From positions 1-44,234 of IMG/VR virus record IMGVR_UViG_3300033067_000403: a stretch of 44,234 nt of DNA; one strand, given 5' to 3'. Positions within the stretch are counted from its first letter, which is position 1. Each line of letters begins with the position of its first letter. Below, in pieces: positions 1 to 8,867 of the stretch. The translations under genes and the position numbers were made by a program. This DNA is from a virus (lineage: Duplodnaviria > Caudoviricetes). Under the pieces are notes generated by a model that saw nothing but the letters and a program-made list of their open reading frames with translations, was not told the origin of the DNA and searched no databases.

Positions 1-545
1 TCTAGATAGAAAGCCCAAGCACCTCTACGTGCAGTACCTTGTGCGATATTACGCATAGCGTTAACGTGCTCTTTAATCACAGGTAGAACACCAGAAGCTT
101 TACCACCTACGCTAATCTTAGAGCCACGAGGACGAATGCTACTAAGGTCAGTTGCTGTACCAAAACCGTATTTAGTCAGCATAGCAACTTCGTGTAAGTT
201 CGTATAGAAACCATCTACGGAATCATCAGCAATGGTTCCTGAGCACGATACAGGCATTCCACGGTTTGTACCCATGTTGGCTAGTACAGGAGTGCTAGGA
301 GACAACCAACCGTTCCAAAGCAGATTAAAGAACTCTGCTTCAGCATTAGGAAGCATAGGAACATGTTTTGCTGCAGTACGGGCTATCCTCTCAAATTGAC
401 CACGCACAGAACGACCTTCGGTTTCGTATTCGTACTTTTCCTTGAACATCTGATAACCAGCTGTCGTATACCATTCAGGAACCAGACCTTGTTCTTGTAG
501 CCGTTTTCTCTCTTCGCTTAATTTCTTATAAATGTTATCTGTCAT
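1..545 (-). CDS. nrdA: Ribonucleotide reductase class I alpha subunit, N-terminal part (runs off the window start)
   Basis: Hand translation from ATG at 545: MTDNIYKKLSEERKRLQEQG...WLSPSTPVLANMGTNRGMPVSCSG...GFGT...IRPRGSKISVGGKASGVLP; lies downstream of nrdB. Confidence 0.92.
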   Translation of the reverse strand, partial: MTDNIYKKLSEERKRLQEQGLVPEWYTTAGYQMFKEKYEYETEGRSVRGQFERIARTAAKHVPMLPNAEAEFFNLLWNGWLSPSTPVLANMGTNRGMPVSCSGTIADDSVDGFYTNLHEVAMLTKYGFGTATDLSSIRPRGSKISVGGKASGVLPVIKEHVNAMRNIAQGTARRGAWAFYL

Positions 546-1077
546 TTTCTTCCTTAAATGTGTTCAATACCCAATTAGCAAACAACACTAACTCTTCTTT
601 TGAAGCGTTTGTTTTCATTGTATTTGCTAACCAACTTATTACTTGTATATTGTCTTTTGTGTATCCTCGACTTGAATCTATTCGATCTAAGCTAGGTGAT
701 GTTCTATTCTGAGATGTGTGGAAAAAATCTAATTTAATATTTAGAACAGGGCAGTACTCGGGAATCACTATGTCCTCTAGCTCAAGATTAAAAGGAAGAC
801 CTCTCTGAGTAGCCCTGTATTTTGCTGAATACAAGATACTTTTTCGGGGATCTTCTTCTTTTTTAATGACTCGCTGACTTGCAATGTAATCTTTATTATT
901 TGCTCTCCATTCTAAATGCTTCTCTCTAATCTTCTCCTTGTTTTTCAAATAATAATCATCCCTACTTTGTTTAGAGCAGGTTTTACACCAGACAGTAAGC
1001 TTGTCAGGACGATTATTATTTAAAGTAAACTCCGAAAATAGTTTAGTTATTCCGCACTTAGTGCATCTTTTTTCCAT
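535..1077 (-). CDS. Free-standing HNH-type homing endonuclease
   Basis: N-terminal CxxC...CxxC, C-terminal CPVL...SPSLDRIDSSRGYTKDNIQVISWLANTMK; wedged between nrdB and nrdA; start moved to ATG 1077. Confidence 0.85.
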   Translation of the reverse strand: MEKRCTKCGITKLFSEFTLNNNRPDKLTVWCKTCSKQSRDDYYLKNKEKIREKHLEWRANNKDYIASQRVIKKEEDPRKSILYSAKYRATQRGLPFNLELEDIVIPEYCPVLNIKLDFFHTSQNRTSPSLDRIDSSRGYTKDNIQVISWLANTMKTNASKEELVLFANWVLNTFKEENDR

Positions 1078-2045
1078 ACAAATCCAGATTGATCCCAATT
1101 CCGATTATATTCCCGGCCTTGCCCTGAAAAGAAATCATTGAACTGGTAGTTGTTAATACCTTTGTAGAACCATTCGCTTATCGGATCATATTTTACATCG
1201 TATTCTTTAGTAAAGCCTAGCTGCTTTAAACATTCATTAACACGAGACTGTACAAAGTTCTCTAGTTGGTGAGCAGTAATACCTTTGATATCACCCTTCT
1301 CAAATAGCTTTGCAATAATCTGGCACTCATGTTCGTAAAGTTTTTGAGCAACTGATCGAATCCGAGATTCAATTGACAATTTATGCAATTCAAATTCCTC
1401 ATTGGATAATGTGTTTTTAAGTTGCTCTAGCTTATATTTAAATGCCCATGCACCACCCATCGAATGGATATTCTCGTCACGTACTGAGAAGTTAATACCA
1501 CGAACGATGTTCATGAGTTTATTCTTACCTTGTGACTGATAGTGCTTTAAGAAAGCAAAGTTGCTATACAAGATAACACCCTCTACCATCGAAAAAGCAG
1601 CTAAAGAAATAAGATCGTCATGATGATCAATGATAGCACCAATATGTTCTACTCGCTGCTTTAGAACAGGATCGTCTAAATAGGATGTATAAAACTCTGG
1701 TGTATCGATATGCAATAACTGATTAATCTTATTATAAAACGGAGCATGTACTGCAAGTTCGAACATAGAGAAGACAGAAGCCATGCGATGGAATTCAGCA
1801 CCATCGAACATATTCTTAAACCGTCCACCCCAATATTCAGAACCTGCATGTGTTTCGTAGATACTGAATAGTTTCAACGTAGTAATAACTGCATGCTTTT
1901 CAGCTGGAGTGAAGTTTACTAGTACGTCTTGAATATCTTTCTCTACTTTAATTTCATCTGGTAGCCAAAATACTTTTAGTTGTTGATCTGCGAACTCTAC
2001 AGGTTCTTGTCTTTCGTTAATTGGCAACAGGTGCTTATCTAGCAT
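1047..2045 (-). CDS. nrdB: Ribonucleotide reductase class I beta subunit
   Basis: FWLPDEI, ELAVHAPFY (ExxH plus radical Tyr), VEGVILYSNF, RDENIH di-iron motifs. Confidence 0.95.
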   Translation of the reverse strand: MLDKHLLPINERQEPVEFADQQLKVFWLPDEIKVEKDIQDVLVNFTPAEKHAVITTLKLFSIYETHAGSEYWGGRFKNMFDGAEFHRMASVFSMFELAVHAPFYNKINQLLHIDTPEFYTSYLDDPVLKQRVEHIGAIIDHHDDLISLAAFSMVEGVILYSNFAFLKHYQSQGKNKLMNIVRGINFSVRDENIHSMGGAWAFKYKLEQLKNTLSNEEFELHKLSIESRIRSVAQKLYEHECQIIAKLFEKGDIKGITAHQLENFVQSRVNECLKQLGFTKEYDVKYDPISEWFYKGINNYQFNDFFSGQGREYNRNWDQSGFVWKKDALSAE

Positions 2046-2464
2046 TATTCATCCTCTGTGATTGTGTTGTATCGATCTCTAGCTTCCAAGATAGCTTGTG
2101 CATCTTCTGTTTCGTATCTTGCACGATAGAGGTCTTCCGTTAATTTACTTCCGCTTGCTTTATCGATTGCGGGTTTACTTGCGTAACCGCTATTGATCCA
2201 AGCTTCGTCAATTCTCTCTTCGCCTACCCACCGACTGCATACAACGATTTCATTTAAACGATTTCTGTGCTGTAGACCATCTTGGCGCTGATATGGTTTA
2301 TTGATATCCATACCTAACGAATACAGAAAGCTTTTAAACTTAATCTCTTCATTTTCAAACTCTGCTGAATAATTTGGCATTACTTTTGTAATTTCTGATT
2401 CAGAGATAATACATAGTGCAACAATTGCACTTGGGCGGGGAGGGAACTTTAATTTTTTATTCAT
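2045..2464 (-). CDS. Hypothetical protein
   Basis: 139 aa ORF, AAAGG RBS, downstream of a promoter, coupled to nrdB. Confidence 0.75.
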   Translation of the reverse strand: MNKKLKFPPRPSAIVALCIISESEITKVMPNYSAEFENEEIKFKSFLYSLGMDINKPYQRQDGLQHRNRLNEIVVCSRWVGEERIDEAWINSGYASKPAIDKASGSKLTEDLYRARYETEDAQAILEARDRYNTITEDE

Positions 2465-2494
2465 ATACTACCTTTAAAAATTAAGAGAATAGTG

Positions 2495-2523
2495 ATTATA
2501 TCACAGGGTTTCGGGTAAATCAA
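2495..2523 (-). promoter_or_regulatory. Sigma70-like promoter
   Basis: TTGATT-17-TATAAT with TG extension on the minus strand. Confidence 0.7.
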
Positions 2524-2650
2524 GGTTATCTTGATCTGTATTTTCAGTATGGATACTCTTGTGTTCTTTCAGCATTTTGTGCATAGAAGAGTATACTAAG
2601 ACTAGAATAATTAGTAACACTAAGATACTCATTACTTGCAAAATAATCAT
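2501..2650 (-). CDS. Small membrane protein (49 aa)
   Basis: MIILQVMSILVLLIILVLVYSS...; ATGA overlap with the upstream stop. Confidence 0.5.
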   Translation of the reverse strand: MIILQVMSILVLLIILVLVYSSMHKMLKEHKSIHTENTDQDNLDLPETL

Positions 2651-3204
2651 TTTGTCTCCTGTAGTTCTGGATTGTACATAAACTCAAGCAAGAACATGGC
2701 GTTTACAGCAACTGCTGACATATGGCTCATGTTTGGCTCAGTGCTTTCATGGTCAATAATTTCACCACGGCGAATAGCTTCAAAATGCCGCATTAGAGCG
2801 TCCATATAACGCTGCCTAGCCTCAGGGACTTTCTGCCAGTTATTACGCTCTTTATACTTCTTTAAACCCGCTGTAAGGTTACGTGCAACCTCTTGCAAAG
2901 CATAAGGAGGGACAAGCGTGTACTGAATCTTACCGTTGTCGTATTTAGTACCGGGAATTTGCTCTTCTACAGCATTTGGATTCCAAGCTTGCATTTGTTG
3001 TGTATCAGATCGCAAATCTACTTTTGTTAGTGTAGAAGCAGGTACAAAATAAGACTCTGTATCAGAACAATTCACAACCTTGTTTGCCAATTGACAACTT
3101 CTGAGATCGTTATTAAATGCACATAAATCACAGCCTTGTACACTACCAGCATCAAATACAGGTGTGTATACCTTACCATCAACTAAAAGATCATTTAAAT
3201 TCAT
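2647..3204 (-). CDS. dATP/dGTP diphosphohydrolase-like (DUF5664-type) protein with Cys-rich N-terminus
   Basis: GTKYDNGKIQYTLVP...GLKKY...NNWQKV...YMDALMRHF...D.ES...H...VAVNAMFL pattern. Confidence 0.8.
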   Translation of the reverse strand: MNLNDLLVDGKVYTPVFDAGSVQGCDLCAFNNDLRSCQLANKVVNCSDTESYFVPASTLTKVDLRSDTQQMQAWNPNAVEEQIPGTKYDNGKIQYTLVPPYALQEVARNLTAGLKKYKERNNWQKVPEARQRYMDALMRHFEAIRRGEIIDHESTEPNMSHMSAVAVNAMFLLEFMYNPELQETK

Positions 3205-3206
3205 GT

Positions 3207-3710
3207 TCAGTTCTCCTTAAAACCATTCAATAACAAATCTGCAGGGATGCAATTAGATAAATCATTGCTTTCAAATCCGATTGGTTTCATTACTTTATCC
3301 TTCAAATTCTTAATCACAAATAGATCGTAAAGAGAATTGTACTGTACTTCGACTTGAACACCGTCTGCTTCATACATTTGAGCAGTCTGAATAGCAGTCA
3401 GTTCTTTAGAAGGGAACTTTGTTAGGTTATTGTAAGCAGTGTCTCGCATTGCTTTGTTCATATCTACACCAAGGTGTTCAAGCTTTTGAGCCAGTCCTAA
3501 TGCAGTAACTAAAACATCGACTACACCGTCTACAACTTCTTTAACGTTGTTCTTGTCGATACCTTTTTCTTTAATCTCTTTGGTTTCTTCGTAGATCAGT
3601 TTGTATTGAAAGTCGATATCTTTCAAAGTAGTTAGATCGTGCTTACCTGCAATCTCATTGAAGGCGTAACAATCTAATTGAAAATCTGAAATATTGTAGG
3701 TACTAATCAT
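3207..3710 (-). CDS. All-alpha NTP pyrophosphohydrolase (MazG/PRA-PH-like)
   Basis: LIYEETKE...EVVDGVVD...NNLTKF...KVMKP motifs. Confidence 0.75.
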   Translation of the reverse strand: MISTYNISDFQLDCYAFNEIAGKHDLTTLKDIDFQYKLIYEETKEIKEKGIDKNNVKEVVDGVVDVLVTALGLAQKLEHLGVDMNKAMRDTAYNNLTKFPSKELTAIQTAQMYEADGVQVEVQYNSLYDLFVIKNLKDKVMKPIGFESNDLSNCIPADLLLNGFKEN

Positions 3711-3874
3711 AGGTCTTCCTTTTTAACGTCTTTAATTGATTTGAGATCATAAATTGCATCTTCCATTGATTGTTCCAGATAGACCAGCCAATACAAAGGC
3801 AAGACCAGTAGCCAAACAAAGTACACGACAAATTTTAGATTACGACTAATCAGCCATTTAACCCAAGGTTTCAT
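3707..3874 (-). CDS. Small membrane protein (55 aa)
   Basis: MKPWVKWLISRNLKFVVYFVWLLVLPLYW...; AAAGGAG RBS; ATGA overlap with the next gene. Confidence 0.65.
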   Translation of the reverse strand: MKPWVKWLISRNLKFVVYFVWLLVLPLYWLVYLEQSMEDAIYDLKSIKDVKKEDL

Positions 3875-3895
3875 AAGAAGCTCCTTTCAAGAGAC

Positions 3896-3922
3896 AAAAA
3901 ATCCCCGGTTATTAGCCGGGGT
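3896..3922 (-). terminator. Rho-independent terminator
   Basis: CCCCGGC-TAATA-ACCGGGG hairpin followed by a T-tract on the minus strand. Confidence 0.75.
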
Positions 3923-3962
3923 GTTAATTTAAATTGTAAATACTATTATAGCACAGATTGCA

Positions 3963-4910
3963 TTACGCAAGCAAGCTATTTCGCTTTTCTTTACTAGTGA
4001 CTGACTTACGATGACGATGAACAGCACCGCATTCGTTACAGCGAACTTCTTCAAATACGTTCAAAGAAGTCTCAATAGTTCGACCAGTGAATTCTACATC
4101 AGAACTACCACATACACGGCATCGAGTTAAATTATCATCAAAATAAAGAGCAGCATTGAAGTCTGAACCAGCACGACCTAGTTGGCGAGTACGCAAGTAC
4201 ACATCATATAGTAGATCAACGTCTTGTTCACAGTACGTTACCATGTCTTCCATAGCTTGTACATCACCCTCTTGGACTCTGCGCCAGAGTGAAATACCAC
4301 CAGTTGAAATCTTACGACCTAAGCCAAAGAACTCACCAATAGCGTCTAAACGGTTGCTAGGCAGCTTCAAGTATTTCTTGACAAGTTGTAGTGTATCTAA
4401 TACTTTAACTTGAGGTAACGGAGGGAAACCATTGGCAATAGCACGAGTCTGTACAACCTTGTGATCAAATCCTTGAGAATTATGTGCTAATACGGCATCA
4501 GCGTCTTCATAAAGTTCAAAAAGTTTAGCTACAATACGGCTATCATCTTTTGCTGCTACTTCAGTTGGGGTTAAGAAGATACGATGTGTTTCATATTCAC
4601 CTAACCAGCGCCAGCAAGCACAAAGAATCCAACCACCATTATCTAAGATGTTATCTTGAGATAGGTTAACTTTGAATCGTCCAAAAGTAAGAGCAGTAGC
4701 TGCTGCAGTTTCAGTATCAAATACTAAAATCTTTGGTCCATTTGGTTTAAAAGCTACATCACGAGGATCGTACTGCAGTTTTCGATCACGTTGTAAGAGA
4801 TCATTGACACCTGACTTACTAATGTTCAAAGCTTGGGCAATAGCTCTGGAAGAGAAACCTTCAAACTTCATTTGTAGGATTTTATCAATTGTCTCGTCTG
4901 TATATTTCAT
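3963..4910 (-). CDS. DEDD/RNase H-like 3'-5' exonuclease with N-terminal HTH and C-terminal Zn ribbon
   Basis: VFDTET, AHNSQGFD, LDTL, NRLDAI, YCEQDV motifs; SSRAIAQALNISKSGV HTH; CRVCGS...CNECG. Confidence 0.8.
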   Translation of the reverse strand: MKYTDETIDKILQMKFEGFSSRAIAQALNISKSGVNDLLQRDRKLQYDPRDVAFKPNGPKILVFDTETAAATALTFGRFKVNLSQDNILDNGGWILCACWRWLGEYETHRIFLTPTEVAAKDDSRIVAKLFELYEDADAVLAHNSQGFDHKVVQTRAIANGFPPLPQVKVLDTLQLVKKYLKLPSNRLDAIGEFFGLGRKISTGGISLWRRVQEGDVQAMEDMVTYCEQDVDLLYDVYLRTRQLGRAGSDFNAALYFDDNLTRCRVCGSSDVEFTGRTIETSLNVFEEVRCNECGAVHRHRKSVTSKEKRNSLLA

Positions 4911-5089
4911 AGGTTTCCTTCTGTTACTATTGCATCTTCTTTAGCAATCCAATTTAAACAATTGAATTGACCGTCCCGTTCTCTACTCCAATAAGCTTTA
5001 TCGTCAATGAACTCTACATTGAACTCTTCACCTACATGCTTGGAGTACCAGAGAATCGGATTGTGACATTTAATTACTTTAATTTTCAT
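4907..5089 (-). CDS. Hypothetical protein
   Basis: 60 aa, overlapping start/stop on both sides. Confidence 0.7.
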   Translation of the reverse strand: MKIKVIKCHNPILWYSKHVGEEFNVEFIDDKAYWSRERDGQFNCLNWIAKEDAIVTEGNL

Positions 5090-5490
5090 TTTTTAAACTT
5101 ACCATATTCTAAGTTAACTCCTTCGCTGTAATAACCATTTGAAGAGCCGTACCAACGAATATCAACCCAACCCTTTGCAGTAGCGAGTTTATAAAACGTC
5201 CAAGTTCCTGATTCAGTTGCATTAGGATCATCATTGGAAGATTCTTCTGCAAACAAAATTGGAGAATTCAATAGATCGTCTAGATCACCAGTAATATCTT
5301 CAATATATACAGACTCACAGCAATCTTGATTATGGTAAAACTTGAAATATTCTTTGTCGTTACTTAGTACAAGTTGTTCACTATCAGAGCCTACTTTTGT
5401 AAATGTACGCCCAATTAAGTCTTCCATTTGAGGTGCATAGCTATCACCCCAATATCCACTACTTTTTCTAACTTCTGTAATTTGCATCAT
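5086..5490 (-). CDS. Conserved phage hypothetical protein
   Basis: HNQDCCESVYIEDITGDLDDL...WTFYKLAT.KG.V.IRWYGSSNGYYSE motif common in phages. Confidence 0.8.
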   Translation of the reverse strand: MMQITEVRKSSGYWGDSYAPQMEDLIGRTFTKVGSDSEQLVLSNDKEYFKFYHNQDCCESVYIEDITGDLDDLLNSPILFAEESSNDDPNATESGTWTFYKLATAKGWVDIRWYGSSNGYYSEGVNLEYGKFKK

Positions 5491-5987
5491 GCATCCTTTG
5501 CTGAGTTGATAAGAAAGCAGATTGTATCATAGCTGTACTTGCGTGTCAATATAGCTTTCTGAAATGCTTTCTTGCGTTCTGTTCCATTCTTACAACCATG
5601 TTGATCTAAAGCTACTAGTACAAAATCTTTTTGTGATTCTTTTAACTTATTAAACATAGTGTTAACTTTTCGGACCCAACCCGGATGACGCCATCTTCGG
5701 TCAGGTTCACGTTCGATGTAATCAGCACATTTGCGTAAGAACTCCGGTAAACCATCTGGATACCAATACAGGTATCTTACCGCTAAGTTCTCTAACTTAC
5801 CTAAGGCTGCGTTTGCTTGCTTATGTGCTGCACCTCGTACAAGCTGTTCGTCATCGTGCTTGTGGTCTAGTGCAAAATTATTACTAGCAGTTGGTATTCC
5901 TGTAATTGCACATAAGCCTTGCTGTTCTTTGATAAGTTGTTCACGCACTATCTTTACATCGGCTGTATTGTATAGATCAATTGTCAT
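5487..5987 (-). CDS. Recombination endonuclease VII-like resolvase
   Basis: EQQGLCAITG...LDHKH...VRG...AN.ALGKLEN; follows the exonuclease; start moved to ATG 5987. Confidence 0.8.
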   Translation of the reverse strand: MTIDLYNTADVKIVREQLIKEQQGLCAITGIPTASNNFALDHKHDDEQLVRGAAHKQANAALGKLENLAVRYLYWYPDGLPEFLRKCADYIEREPDRRWRHPGWVRKVNTMFNKLKESQKDFVLVALDQHGCKNGTERKKAFQKAILTRKYSYDTICFLINSAKDA

Positions 5988-6957
5988 ATAAGTTAACGCC
6001 TCTCTCCATTGCAAACTGCATAAAGCTGCTAGGGTCATCCCAACTGCGTTTCATATAGGCACAATCCCAATACAATTGTAGTAGATCGTCCCACTCGGAT
6101 TCATGTTCTGTTCCATGAACGTCTGTATAAACTACAGGATTGGGGTATAGACGCTTGTATTCGCTGATTAGCACCTCCAGTACTGCCTTCTCTGTATTAG
6201 CCTCTTCTAGAGCCTTTACAGCCTTCATAGGACCATACTTGAATTCAGAGAGATGGTAGCCACAGTATGTATCGGCTGAATCACCAACAAGCGTTTGAAA
6301 AGCAAGGAACTTTAAGCCATCACCTTTTACAGTAGTCTTCTCTTTCCAAAGAGTACCAACGTCAGGGATAAGCTTAGATTCCCAAGGGTCTTTATCCCAA
6401 TTGAGTACTTCGATACCTTGCGATTGTTGAGCATCTTTATCAACCGATACCAAGATAGGATAATTACCTTTAGCTTTCTCTTCATAGGCTCTGATTGTTA
6501 CAACATCATCTACTTCTAGTTCTTTTACTAGTTGAGCTTTGTACTTTGTCATTAAGTACTTTCTAGCTTCTTGTAATTGCAATGGCTTTAGTAGATCATC
6601 TCGTTTGTCTTTATATGGAGTAGGTAATGCTAACTTATGTCTGAATGTCTTACCTGTACCTAAATACAATTCTACTCTGTCTGCCCACGTATGCTCTTTT
6701 AAACCTTCGACAATACCTTTCATATTCTTTAAAGCGATCTCAACTGAAGCTGCAGTTTGTACGTCTTCAATCTCGTAGTCTTCTGCTTTAAATTCAATAT
6801 CCTTTTCTTTTAGGAAGGTTTTCAGTTCTGTCCTTGTCTTGAAGATTTTCTCTTTACTTGATTTTATATGCTTGGCAATGATAGTTCGTTTCTCATTCGC
6901 AGCTGCATATCTGTACGCAATCAAGTCAGCGTCAATGATTAGCACTCGTTCATTCAT
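5977..6957 (-). CDS. 5'-3' exonuclease (T7 gp6/flap endonuclease family)
   Basis: LIIDAD, FRH...YK..R, LEVDD, SVDKD, GDSAD motifs. Confidence 0.9.
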   Translation of the reverse strand: MNERVLIIDADLIAYRYAAANEKRTIIAKHIKSSKEKIFKTRTELKTFLKEKDIEFKAEDYEIEDVQTAASVEIALKNMKGIVEGLKEHTWADRVELYLGTGKTFRHKLALPTPYKDKRDDLLKPLQLQEARKYLMTKYKAQLVKELEVDDVVTIRAYEEKAKGNYPILVSVDKDAQQSQGIEVLNWDKDPWESKLIPDVGTLWKEKTTVKGDGLKFLAFQTLVGDSADTYCGYHLSEFKYGPMKAVKALEEANTEKAVLEVLISEYKRLYPNPVVYTDVHGTEHESEWDDLLQLYWDCAYMKRSWDDPSSFMQFAMERGVNLYDN

Positions 6958-7525
6958 ATGTTTCCTTAAAAAATTCTAACATGTAAATAGAAAACTGAAG
7001 TAGTTGTTCTTTTGATGCTGAGGATTTCATCCTATTAGCTAAATAAGATATAACCATAATGTTGTCTTTGGTATAACCTTTAGAATTATCTACTCGGTCT
7101 AATGAAGGAGAACTACTTTGTAATTTTCCAGTACCTGTTTTCAGTGGTATTAAAAGTATTGGGCAAACAGGAGGAACAAAGATATCGTCTAATAGGATAG
7201 AAAATTCTAAGCCTTTTTCCTTTGCTCTCTTCTTTGCCTCTGTGTACAGAGATAACTCAGGAGACTTACGTCTTAATTCCTTTCGTTTTGAATTCTGTTC
7301 TAAGCGTGTTTTTAATGTAGGCTTAGATTTAACTTGAAGGCCTAATTTACGTTTTTGCTTGTCTTTTTCAAGAATAGTTTCTCGATTCTTTTCGTAATAC
7401 GCCTTATGAATTAATTTTTCGCATTCTTTACAATTTGAACATAATCCATCTTTTGCTGTTTTCTTTTTACTGAATAAATCTGTAGATTTCTGTGCCTTAC
7501 ATCTATTACAAAATTTAAATAACAT
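6950..7525 (-). CDS. Free-standing HNH-type homing endonuclease (paralog of 535-1077)
   Basis: CNRC...CSNCKEC; CPIL...SPSLDRVDNSKGYTKDNIMVISYLANRMK. Confidence 0.85.
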   Translation of the reverse strand: MLFKFCNRCKAQKSTDLFSKKKTAKDGLCSNCKECEKLIHKAYYEKNRETILEKDKQKRKLGLQVKSKPTLKTRLEQNSKRKELRRKSPELSLYTEAKKRAKEKGLEFSILLDDIFVPPVCPILLIPLKTGTGKLQSSSPSLDRVDNSKGYTKDNIMVISYLANRMKSSASKEQLLQFSIYMLEFFKETYE

Positions 7526-7532
7526 AATAAGA

Positions 7533-7554
7533 AAGCCCGTGTTTCCACGGGCTT
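7533..7554. terminator. Terminator hairpin, possibly bidirectional
   Basis: AAGCCCGTG/CACGGGCTT 9-bp stem, GAAA loop on the minus strand, T-rich tails on both strands. Confidence 0.75.
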
Positions 7555-7558
7555 ATTT

Positions 7559-7777
7559 TTACTCTCTTGATAATTTAATCGTATCTAAAATAGATTCAGA
7601 TTTGGCGACCAATGTGTCAACTTTATTAGTTACAATTGCCTTAGATACACTGGAGATTGCAGCTACATCAAGTCCAGAAGATTTAGCTTCATCCTTAACT
7701 TCTTTGATTTCTTCAGCGAGTGATTGTTCTTGTGTGTATAGCTTGACTAGCTTTGCGATTGCTTCTTTACTTTGCAT
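7559..7777 (-). CDS. Small DNA-binding protein (T4 DsbA/GapR-like)
   Basis: LAEEIKEVKDEAKSSGLD helical motif. Confidence 0.55.
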   Translation of the reverse strand: MQSKEAIAKLVKLYTQEQSLAEEIKEVKDEAKSSGLDVAAISSVSKAIVTNKVDTLVAKSESILDTIKLSRE

Positions 7778-7778
7778 A

Positions 7779-7985
7779 TTAACCTTTCGTAATATTTGGT
7801 TTGTACATCCATGTGAGATTCATCACGATCACAGCTAACCAGCTATAGAAGGTATAAGGAATGCTCAGTACAGGGAATAGTGTGTTAAGGGACCAGACTA
7901 CAGCCAAAGGACCGAAAGCGATCAATAAGCATGCAAGGGTCAAAGTAAAAAGAATAGTCAAAATATCTTTTGTGGTTTTTGTCAT
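7779..7985 (-). CDS. Membrane protein
   Basis: Two hydrophobic segments, GP...WSLNTLFP..IPY motif; AGGAG RBS. Confidence 0.75.
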   Translation of the reverse strand: MTKTTKDILTILFTLTLACLLIAFGPLAVVWSLNTLFPVLSIPYTFYSWLAVIVMNLTWMYKPNITKG

Positions 7986-8008
7986 TAAATTCTCCTAGAG
8001 GTTAAAGG

Positions 8009-8024
8009 AGGGGCCGAAGCCCCT
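8009..8024 (-). terminator. cUUCGg hairpin after the ssb-like gene
   Basis: AGGGGC-TTCG-GCCCCT with a weak U-tract. Confidence 0.55.
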
Positions 8025-8028
8025 ATGA

Positions 8029-8664
8029 TTAAAACGGTGAGTCTTCTTCAGCTTCGTCTTTAGCTGGAGCAGCTTTAGCTTTTGGCTTTGCTTTTTCCTT
8101 TGGTGCATCTTCTGCTGGAGCTTCTGCACCTTCACCGAATTCATCGCCGGGGACGTATGCGGCACTTTCGTCAGCTACGTACTCGATCATATCGGTAACA
8201 AGAACGTTCTTTAGATACAAAGAGCTATTGCCATTGGTGCGAGTGAACACATCAATACTGATAGAACCCATAGAACCATTTGCAGGTAGTTTGGTGCGAG
8301 TAACATCTACCAAGGTATTCTTGACTTTCTCAAATACTTTAGGTTGATATAGCTCTGGAACTGGCTTACCAGTCTTACCAAGTTGAGTTGACTTACGCAA
8401 GGTAATAACCCAAATGTTCTTACCGGAATCTTCTGGAGGTGCTACTTTGTAAATACCCTCAAAATCGTCTTTCTTGACTTTCTTGATAGAAACTTTAGCA
8501 TCGATCTTCTTAGCATAAGCTTCGAACTCGTCTACTGTGTCTTCATCGGTTAGCGCAATAGATGCTTTCCATTCATCTGGTTTAGGGTCTTCACCAGCTT
8601 TAACATAAGCCTTCACTGGCTTGTTAAGTTGGACGTATAGAAGCATACCTGTTAATTTATTCAT
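8029..8664 (-). CDS. Single-stranded DNA-binding protein (T7 gp2.5-like)
   Basis: ANGS motif, L.NV.V...IEY, acidic tail ending in PF, replication module context. Confidence 0.7.
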   Translation of the reverse strand: MNKLTGMLLYVQLNKPVKAYVKAGEDPKPDEWKASIALTDEDTVDEFEAYAKKIDAKVSIKKVKKDDFEGIYKVAPPEDSGKNIWVITLRKSTQLGKTGKPVPELYQPKVFEKVKNTLVDVTRTKLPANGSMGSISIDVFTRTNGNSSLYLKNVLVTDMIEYVADESAAYVPGDEFGEGAEAPAEDAPKEKAKPKAKAAPAKDEAEEDSPF

Positions 8665-8752
8665 ATCTTTTCCTTTCTAGGACTGATTTACTTACGGACT
8701 AAAATGTGCGATTATTGAAATGCACGACTATGTAACTTTCGCTACAATTGCT

Positions 8753-8781
8753 ATTATATCAAAAAGGTTTAACCTTGTCAA
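8753..8781 (-). promoter_or_regulatory. Consensus sigma70 promoter
   Basis: TTGACA-17-TATAAT exact. Confidence 0.85.
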
Positions 8782-8791
8782 CATAATTTTT

Positions 8792-8867
8792 TGGTGCGAC
8801 AGGAGGGAGTCGAACCCCCGACCAAGGCATTATGAGTACCCTGCTCTGACCGTTGAGCTACTGTCGC
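8792..8867 (-). tRNA. tRNA with CAU anticodon (elongator Met or Ile2)
   Basis: 76-nt cloverleaf GCGACAG...CTGTCGC-ACCA, loop CT-CAT-AA, GGTTCGA T-loop; G1-C72 paired so not initiator. Confidence 0.92.

Noticed and set aside
535-1098. HNH gene inside an intron of nrdA or nrdB
   Set aside because: nrdB is complete and nrdA has its own RBS and ATG, so the HNH is free-standing
2647-3204. Z-genome (2-aminoadenine) pathway
   Set aside because: No purZ or datZ in the window; the hydrolase alone is insufficient evidence
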